A stretch of DNA of 64,000 bases from a virus. Lineage: Duplodnaviria > Caudoviricetes. The stretch spans positions 588-64,587 of the IMG/VR virus record IMGVR_UViG_3300034407_003411. The stretch is one strand, 5' to 3'. Below, piece by piece: positions 57,994-64,000 of the stretch; position 1 is the first letter of the stretch; each line of letters opens with the position of its first letter. The notes below the pieces were generated by a model. That model was not told the origin of the DNA. It searched no databases and was given only the letters and a program-made list of their open reading frames with translations. The translations under genes were made by a program, and so were the position numbers.

Positions 57994-58593
57994 TTAAAAA
58001 ACGGGGCAAGAGCCTTTTGAACAGAGGATTTCTGTTACTATTTGATTAACCCTTGTGTAATTATAGTTAACCATTTCTTTTCCTTCTTTAATAGTATGCA
58101 TATAAGAACCTGGGTTTGAAGGTGTAGAAACAAAATCCCAACATAATAATTCGAAGTCATCTTGTACTTCCATTACATTACCATTTTGTTCTAATGAACC
58201 CATACCACGAGATGATACACCTACTGTAACACCATGGCTTATTAATTCTTTAAGTATATTTCCTGCGGGTGTTGGTAAAATTTCTATTTTACCCATTACA
58301 TTGTCTCCATCCCACCAATATTCAGATATTAAATGAGATACATTTTTTAGATTTACTACTGAAGATTCAGGGTGATCTAATTCTCCCATTGAACGTCTTT
58401 GTTCAATTAATTCAGCATATTTATCCATTTCTCTATTCCATAGATCTCTTGAATAATATCTACCATTACCATTTTTAACTTCAGCTGTTGCTAATACTCC
58501 TTCAACAAGCAGATTACCTGCTTCAGAAATATTTTCTGTTAGTTGTTGGGGTGACGCCTTAAACGCGTGCGTTTCAATTAGTAATGTCTTCAT
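57994..58593 (-). CDS. prohead protease (gp21-like)
   Basis: NGNGRYY, GELDHP, VSH, GVSSRGMGS, DFVSTPS. Confidence 0.95.
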   Translation of the reverse strand: MKTLLIETHAFKASPQQLTENISEAGNLLVEGVLATAEVKNGNGRYYSRDLWNREMDKYAELIEQRRSMGELDHPESSVVNLKNVSHLISEYWWDGDNVMGKIEILPTPAGNILKELISHGVTVGVSSRGMGSLEQNGNVMEVQDDFELLCWDFVSTPSNPGSYMHTIKEGKEMVNYNYTRVNQIVTEILCSKGSCPVF

Positions 58594-58605
58594 ATAATAA
58601 CTTGA

Positions 58606-59964
58606 TTAATCTCTGTAGTTACCTACGTGTTTAGCATTTATAGCACCGGCAATTTTTTCAGCATCTTCTCTTGATTTACCTTGATCCATGATATCATCTA
58701 CTACACTATCAAATGATTCTTCAACTTCTTCAGTTTCGTCTACCATTTCTTTTTTAGAGTATTTTTTACCACAAGATTTTTCATAAATCTTTTCCATTTT
58801 AGCTTTTTTCTTTTCAAGTTCTTTAATTTCCTTCTGCATTTGCTTCATCTTAGTTTTATCAATTAATTCTTTAAGATTATCATCTTCATTAATTGAATCA
58901 ACTCTTTGTACTTTTTCAGCAATATGATCATGTAAAAAATCTAATTGTGCTTCTAATTTTACTGCTTCAGCTTCTTTACCTATTTCAGCTAATTTAGAAT
59001 CAATTGATTCTTTTTTCATTTTCTTTTTCTTTTCTTTATCTTTAGCTGCTTTAGCCATTGGTTCTTTTGTATCACCATCTCCATCGATATCTGGGTAATC
59101 AGGTCTTGCTTCTTCAGCCATACCTGCATTTTCTTGAGAAGATTCTATTGCTTTTTGTCTTGCTTGTTCTGCATTTTCATCCATAGGAAGATCTTCTTCT
59201 TGCTCCATAAATAAATCTAATGAATTAGGAACTTCTTTTAAACCTTCTTCAGCTAACATTTTATTAATTACTTCGTTAGACATTGCAGCAAAGCTATTTG
59301 GGTTACCTGTTGTTGTAACTCCAGTAAAATGTTCTTTAAGTGTTTTTTTAATGTTTTCTTTAACTACTGACCAAGATTCACCTCCGTCTTTTAGTTTTTC
59401 GCTGTATCCACTACCACCATATGTTTCACCATCATTTTCTTGTACTTTTTGTTCTTGGTATCCTAAACCTTCAACACCAAATTGACCTTCTTTTACATAG
59501 TGTAATGAATCTTTAGCTAAATTAGCAATTGCTTTAGCTTGTGCTTCTTCTAATGTTAAATTTGGATCATTTTTAATTTCACAATATACACCCGTAAGCA
59601 TTTCTTGTGCATTAACATTATTAATATTATCTACTTTAGGAGAATAATCATAGTTGTGAGAAGCAATATTTTCTACTTCATTTGAAACTTTAAATGAACC
59701 TGCTTCTTTAGTATCCATTTCAAACTTTAACTTATCATCCGATTTGATTTTTTCTTCTTGTTCCTTAGTATTAACTTTCATATCATTGTTAACAATAGGA
59801 TTTAAAGATTTTTCACCAGCTTCGTTTATAAAATTAAAATATTTTTCTTCCCAAGTAGTCTTAGGAGTTGCTTCAATTTTATTGATAGGTTTTAAATCAA
59901 CATAATGTTCTGTTATTAACTTTTCAGTTAATTCTTTATGTAGTTGGTTAGCGTTTTTTTTCAT
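58606..59964 (-). CDS. hypothetical charged protein, probable prohead core/internal protein
   Basis: located between portal and protease; many (I/L/V)xE motifs; DIDGDGD loop. Confidence 0.6.
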   Translation of the reverse strand: MKKNANQLHKELTEKLITEHYVDLKPINKIEATPKTTWEEKYFNFINEAGEKSLNPIVNNDMKVNTKEQEEKIKSDDKLKFEMDTKEAGSFKVSNEVENIASHNYDYSPKVDNINNVNAQEMLTGVYCEIKNDPNLTLEEAQAKAIANLAKDSLHYVKEGQFGVEGLGYQEQKVQENDGETYGGSGYSEKLKDGGESWSVVKENIKKTLKEHFTGVTTTGNPNSFAAMSNEVINKMLAEEGLKEVPNSLDLFMEQEEDLPMDENAEQARQKAIESSQENAGMAEEARPDYPDIDGDGDTKEPMAKAAKDKEKKKKMKKESIDSKLAEIGKEAEAVKLEAQLDFLHDHIAEKVQRVDSINEDDNLKELIDKTKMKQMQKEIKELEKKKAKMEKIYEKSCGKKYSKKEMVDETEEVEESFDSVVDDIMDQGKSREDAEKIAGAINAKHVGNYRD

Positions 59965-59968
59965 GGTA

Positions 59969-60208
59969 TTATTTTTCTAATAATGTTTCTATATCTTTGA
60001 TATAATCTTTAATTAAATCTGTTCCATATACAACAGAATAACTTTTTGGTTCATCCTGTCTATAATATTTTACTGTTTCTATTTTAGCTTGTCTTATTAT
60101 TTTTTTAAGACCATCTAATTTATTTTCAATTTCATCAAAAGCATCTATACGCCCTTGTTGAAATTTTTCTAATTTGTCTTCCTCTTCCTTAATATTCATA
60201 TTATACAT
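59969..60208 (-). CDS. hypothetical protein
   Basis: ATG 60208 follows the upstream stop at 60210. Confidence 0.6.
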   Translation of the reverse strand: MYNMNIKEEEDKLEKFQQGRIDAFDEIENKLDGLKKIIRQAKIETVKYYRQDEPKSYSVVYGTDLIKDYIKDIETLLEK

Positions 60209-60209
60209 A

Positions 60210-60917
60210 TTAAAAAAGTTTCTTAACTTCAAGTCCTGATCCCTTTTGTACATAAGTGCCATTACTTTTAGGAACTAACTTGTATTTAAATTGTTTTACA
60301 TATGCGTTATCATTAACTCCATCAGGACCTGCTTTTGGGCCAGGACCTAAATCTGCTCCATCTCCTAACTTGCCTTCTTCCATAGTATAATCCATATAAT
60401 TTACTAAACCTGAGGGTTTACTCATTTTATATTTGGATTTTTTCTTTTTCTTGTTGCTTTTAGGTTTTAATGGTTTTCTTACAAACGCATAAGGTGTATT
60501 ATAAGCACCAGCTGCTCCTGACATAGATACTTCATCTACTTCCTCTTCACCAATCCTAGTCATTCTTTTATATTCGTCTGGGTATTCGTTTCTAAGATGA
60601 GTTCTAATTTCATTTCTTAATTTACGAGCACTTTCATAAAAATCTCTAAATTTTTTATCATCTTTAGTTTTAACATAAACTCTTTTAGCTACATTAACTA
60701 AATCATCCATCTCATCATATAACTTTTCAAATCCTGGTAATTGGGTAATTTTCCAACTTACAGCACCTGTTGTTGGGTTGATGTCAGTGATTGTTGATTT
60801 AGAAGTTCCATCATCACTAAATGTAACTTTACCTACTTCTAATGTATCAAATTCCTTTTTTGCTTCTTCAGGAGAAGCAGTTTTGGACATTTCACTAAGA
60901 CTATACTTGTACGCCAT
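60210..60917 (-). CDS. hypothetical head-region protein
   Basis: 235 aa with GAYNTPYAF and a Lys-rich stretch. Confidence 0.65.
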   Translation of the reverse strand: MAYKYSLSEMSKTASPEEAKKEFDTLEVGKVTFSDDGTSKSTITDINPTTGAVSWKITQLPGFEKLYDEMDDLVNVAKRVYVKTKDDKKFRDFYESARKLRNEIRTHLRNEYPDEYKRMTRIGEEEVDEVSMSGAAGAYNTPYAFVRKPLKPKSNKKKKKSKYKMSKPSGLVNYMDYTMEEGKLGDGADLGPGPKAGPDGVNDNAYVKQFKYKLVPKSNGTYVQKGSGLEVKKLF

Positions 60918-61767
60918 TTGCTACTTGAATTTCTTTTACTAGTTCATAATATTGTAACAAATCAACTAAATTATCGTCTCCAACCGTTTCTGATTTATTT
61001 AACTCAGTTAATAATTTTGCTACTTCTGTAATCTTAATGATAGTAGCTTTATCTTTAATATTTTTTGTTTCTTTAACTAATATAGATTTTAAAATATTTA
61101 CTTTTTTATTATAAAATTCTCTCAATGAAGGGGTTGAATCTACTGAATATATAAATTCTTTAAGTATTTCTTTTTGTTCTTTACTTAACCCATCATATCT
61201 ATCATTAAATTTTTCAAGTAATACTCTATATGTAAGTTGTCTTAAATCCTTATCGTATTCAGAAAATTCTTTTAAAACGTTATCTTTTTCTTCTTTTTTA
61301 ACTTCAGTTTTAGTTAAAAACTCTAATATTGTAATTTTATTGTTGTTAACTTGGTCTAAACTTGTTACTTCAGGAGAATTATGGCTTTCTATTAAAGTAT
61401 AGATAGCTGCTATTTGTTTATAATTTGAAATTTTAGAACCAAAAAAAGCTTCTAAATTATAATGTTTTTTAATTTCGTTAATTAAATTGTATTTTTGTTT
61501 TCTAAGGGCTGTTCTATTAAACTTTTTAGAGTTTTCTAATATTGTAGATATAAAAATATTAGCTCTACCCTCATTTAAAACTTTAGATTTAATTATTGAT
61601 TCATATAACTTATACTCACGACCTAATTCTGTTTTCACAAAGTATTCTTTTAACAATGAAATTGCTTTAGAATCTGTGCCTTTTAGTGTGTCAGCTGTTA
61701 TTTGTCTTACTAGTAATTCGAATAATATACCAGTATTTTTGTATTTTGAGTGTTTTATTTTCATCAA
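60901..61767 (-). CDS. hypothetical head-region protein
   Basis: KHSKYKNTGILFELL; late motif at 61782-61789. Confidence 0.7.
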   Translation of the reverse strand: MMKIKHSKYKNTGILFELLVRQITADTLKGTDSKAISLLKEYFVKTELGREYKLYESIIKSKVLNEGRANIFISTILENSKKFNRTALRKQKYNLINEIKKHYNLEAFFGSKISNYKQIAAIYTLIESHNSPEVTSLDQVNNNKITILEFLTKTEVKKEEKDNVLKEFSEYDKDLRQLTYRVLLEKFNDRYDGLSKEQKEILKEFIYSVDSTPSLREFYNKKVNILKSILVKETKNIKDKATIIKITEVAKLLTELNKSETVGDDNLVDLLQYYELVKEIQVANGVQV

Positions 61768-61789
61768 AAAATATATTTATTTATAAATA

Positions 61790-63694
61790 TTAGGACTTTA
61801 GTTGAGATTCATTAAGTAATGAACTATCATCTTTATCATCTTCAAATACTAATTGTTTTTTATTTAGTTTTTTGAACATATCCTTATTCTTCATTAATGT
61901 TACTTTAGGGCTTTCAAATTCTCTAATGCCTGGTCTACCGTCACCATCATTTTTATCCGTATCTTTCATACGTTTTACACCTAATGGGTCTTTTCCAAAG
62001 TTACTATCTTGTTTTCCTCTACTACTTATAGAATCTTGTGGTCTACCTAATTTAGGGTCATCAGCGGCATATTTTTCTGGTTCAGGTACATTACCTGGGT
62101 CAGATTGTGTTCTACCTAAACCATATAACGATGCTAAATCATGTGGTGTACCATACGATTTACCTGTAGTAACTGGGTCATTACCTTCTGCTTTTATTTG
62201 GTCTAATCTAAATTGACGTTTAGCATCTTCTCTAACTAAATCTCTATACTCATCATATTGGTCTTCACTAAATTGATAAATATTATGATATATCCAATCT
62301 GAAGGTACTAAGCCTTGTTCTAATAATGAACCTGCTAATTCTGATTTTTGTTTAAGTAACTCAACTTTTTCTTGTTCAAATATTATTGAAGGTGAAGTCA
62401 TTGACAATTCAAAATTTGTTAATGATTCATCTGTATAGCCTTGAGTATATAAATGAACTAATGCTATTTTATTTAGTTCTGATAGCATAATTCTTTGGAT
62501 TCGATCAATTGTACGAGCAAATCTAATATCTTCAGCTGCTAGTGTAGCTTTGCCTTCTGTTGTTTCATCGTATCCTAAAAATGCTTTAGGTATTTTAAGT
62601 GCTGCAAATAATTTATCTCTTAAATATTCTACATCTTGAATACCATCATATGATAAACCTGGTGTAGTATCAATTTTAGTTGCGTTATCATTACCTCTAA
62701 CTGGGATATAAAAATCTTCAAGCATATTTTGCATGTTATACTTTAGATTATACTCACCTGTTTTTTCATCCATCATAGGAGTACGTTTCATGTTTGAAAT
62801 AGTTTTCTGCATAAATGCTTCTATTTCATTAGGAGGTATAGAACCAACGTTAACATAAAATACTCTTTTTTCTGGTGCACGAGCAATTCTATGAATTAAC
62901 ATCGCGTCTTCCATTAATGTATATTGTTTAAATAACTTTCTAGCTGGTTCAATATATGATCTACCATATGGAAGATAATTAACATCACCTACCATTCTAA
63001 AGTGAGCCATTTCATAGTTGTCATAAGTAATACCTCCTTGATCTAAATCAGGATTATTATTCATGTTTGGCACATTATAGTAACCATAAGAACCACCTGC
63101 AAAACCATCTGGGTTCCATCTATATTTTACTTCTGCTGGGTTTTCTGGATTAAATCCTTCTTGTCTTTCAATATGATAAGCTGTATATGGTATAACATTA
63201 AATACACCATATTTTTCTGCTATTTCTAATTTTAAGAAAAAATCACCATACTTACACATTTGTCTAACCCACATCCAAAGATTAAATTCAATGTTTAATA
63301 CATCATAAAATAAATTATAAAGTATTTTTTGTAAATCTTCATTTGAGCTTCTAATTTGAAGCACTTCACCCATATCATTTTTTAATGTTGATTCATCAGC
63401 AATAATATCTAATGCAGAAGCAATAATTGCATCTTGGTCCATTAAATCATATTCAGAATATAATTGGGTTCTTAAGTATTGATAATTTAAATTAAATTGA
63501 GCACCATATAAAGATGATGGAGCTGTTGAATAAACTCTATTAAATCTATCTACTAATGAATTTGTGGCATATTCTCCACTTGCTTGAATATGTCCTGAGT
63601 CGATTGTTTTTATTTGATTTCCACCAACGTTTCTAATAACAACGTCAGTTGAAAATAATCTTTGTAATCTTGAAAATATGCTTGTATTAGCCAT
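61790..63694 (-). CDS. portal protein (gp20-like)
   Basis: MEDAMLIHRIARAPEKRVFYVNVG, EDFYIP, LFAALKIP, EDIRFAR. Confidence 0.95.
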   Translation of the reverse strand: MANTSIFSRLQRLFSTDVVIRNVGGNQIKTIDSGHIQASGEYATNSLVDRFNRVYSTAPSSLYGAQFNLNYQYLRTQLYSEYDLMDQDAIIASALDIIADESTLKNDMGEVLQIRSSNEDLQKILYNLFYDVLNIEFNLWMWVRQMCKYGDFFLKLEIAEKYGVFNVIPYTAYHIERQEGFNPENPAEVKYRWNPDGFAGGSYGYYNVPNMNNNPDLDQGGITYDNYEMAHFRMVGDVNYLPYGRSYIEPARKLFKQYTLMEDAMLIHRIARAPEKRVFYVNVGSIPPNEIEAFMQKTISNMKRTPMMDEKTGEYNLKYNMQNMLEDFYIPVRGNDNATKIDTTPGLSYDGIQDVEYLRDKLFAALKIPKAFLGYDETTEGKATLAAEDIRFARTIDRIQRIMLSELNKIALVHLYTQGYTDESLTNFELSMTSPSIIFEQEKVELLKQKSELAGSLLEQGLVPSDWIYHNIYQFSEDQYDEYRDLVREDAKRQFRLDQIKAEGNDPVTTGKSYGTPHDLASLYGLGRTQSDPGNVPEPEKYAADDPKLGRPQDSISSRGKQDSNFGKDPLGVKRMKDTDKNDGDGRPGIREFESPKVTLMKNKDMFKKLNKKQLVFEDDKDDSSLLNESQLKS

Positions 63695-63712
63695 TTTGTA
63701 TATAGTTATTGT

Positions 63713-63720
63713 TATAAATA
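63713..63720 (-). promoter_or_regulatory. putative late promoter (TATTTATA) upstream of portal
   Basis: representative of about 10 exact intergenic copies. Confidence 0.65.
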
Positions 63721-63724
63721 TTAA

Positions 63725-64000
63725 TTATAGGAGCCAATTAATGTTTTCTTTACCATGTTCTGTATCAAGGCTATAAGGGTTACGAACTTGTGATGTCCCT
63801 CCATAACTCCCTTGAAATGGTGTTCTATTAACTGACATATTATTTAACGAACTTTTCGTTATGTCTATTCCTCTTTGTCTAAATTTTAATGCTGTGTCTC
63901 GAATATACATTGATATTCCAAAGGCCATAACTAAATCATCATTATAACCTGATTGAGCTTCTGGTCTTCCGTTTTTCCATATAAAGGTTTTCATTTCTTC
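63725..64000 (-). CDS. terminase large subunit, C-terminal end (partial)
   Basis: EMKTFIW..GRPEAQSGYNDDLVMA nuclease motif; directly upstream of portal. Confidence 0.88.
   Translation of the reverse strand, partial: EEMKTFIWKNGRPEAQSGYNDDLVMAFGISMYIRDTALKFRQRGIDITKSSLNNMSVNRTPFQGSYGGTSQVRNPYSLDTEHGKENINWLL

Noticed and set aside
1939-62216. All plus-strand ORFs in the track (e.g. 45379-45993, 56885-57292, 35292-35708)
   Set aside because: They are antisense shadows of well-supported minus-strand genes, with no recognisable motifs
1-64000. CRISPR array, IS element, integrase or rRNA
   Set aside because: No regularly spaced repeats or matching motifs seen by eye
1-64000. Stop-codon reassignment
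   Set aside because: Conserved genes are full length in the standard code, and TAA, TAG and TGA all end genes at expected positions

Overview
AT-rich 64 kb segment of a large T4-like myovirus genome. All credible genes are on the minus strand. The host is very probably a Bacteroidota (Flavobacteriia-like) bacterium: there are 11 copies of a Bacteroidota-type -33/-7 promoter, signal peptides followed by Gln, a T9SS sorting domain and no obvious Shine-Dalgarno sites. In transcription order (right to left) the window holds: (1) terminase end, portal, prohead protease, scaffold, major capsid, neck, sheath, tube, a tail chaperone pair with a T7 slippery site, tape measure and baseplate genes; (2) a compact family-A polymerase-like gene, gp32, UvsX/RecA, 5'-3' exonuclease, helicase and nrdB/nrdA, with a GH7-like lipoprotein gene between the two nrd genes; (3) a ~7.5 kb cluster of secreted proteins (PA14-dockerin, cohesin-dockerin, cohesin-T9SS CTD, CsgG-like, beta-barrel-like proteins) next to putative lysis genes; (4) a 7-deazaguanine DNA-modification cluster (dpdA-like, queC, queD, queE, folE) with tRNA-Gln, a purine PRTase and a MazG-like pyrophosphatase; (5) a family-B polymerase split into two genes, a radical SAM enzyme, sliding clamp, Hsp20/GroES/GroEL and clamp loader. 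The best candidate for an undescribed system is the phage-encoded cohesin/dockerin surface assembly with its nearby GH7-like hydrolase. All calls come from motif recognition by eye; no searches were run.
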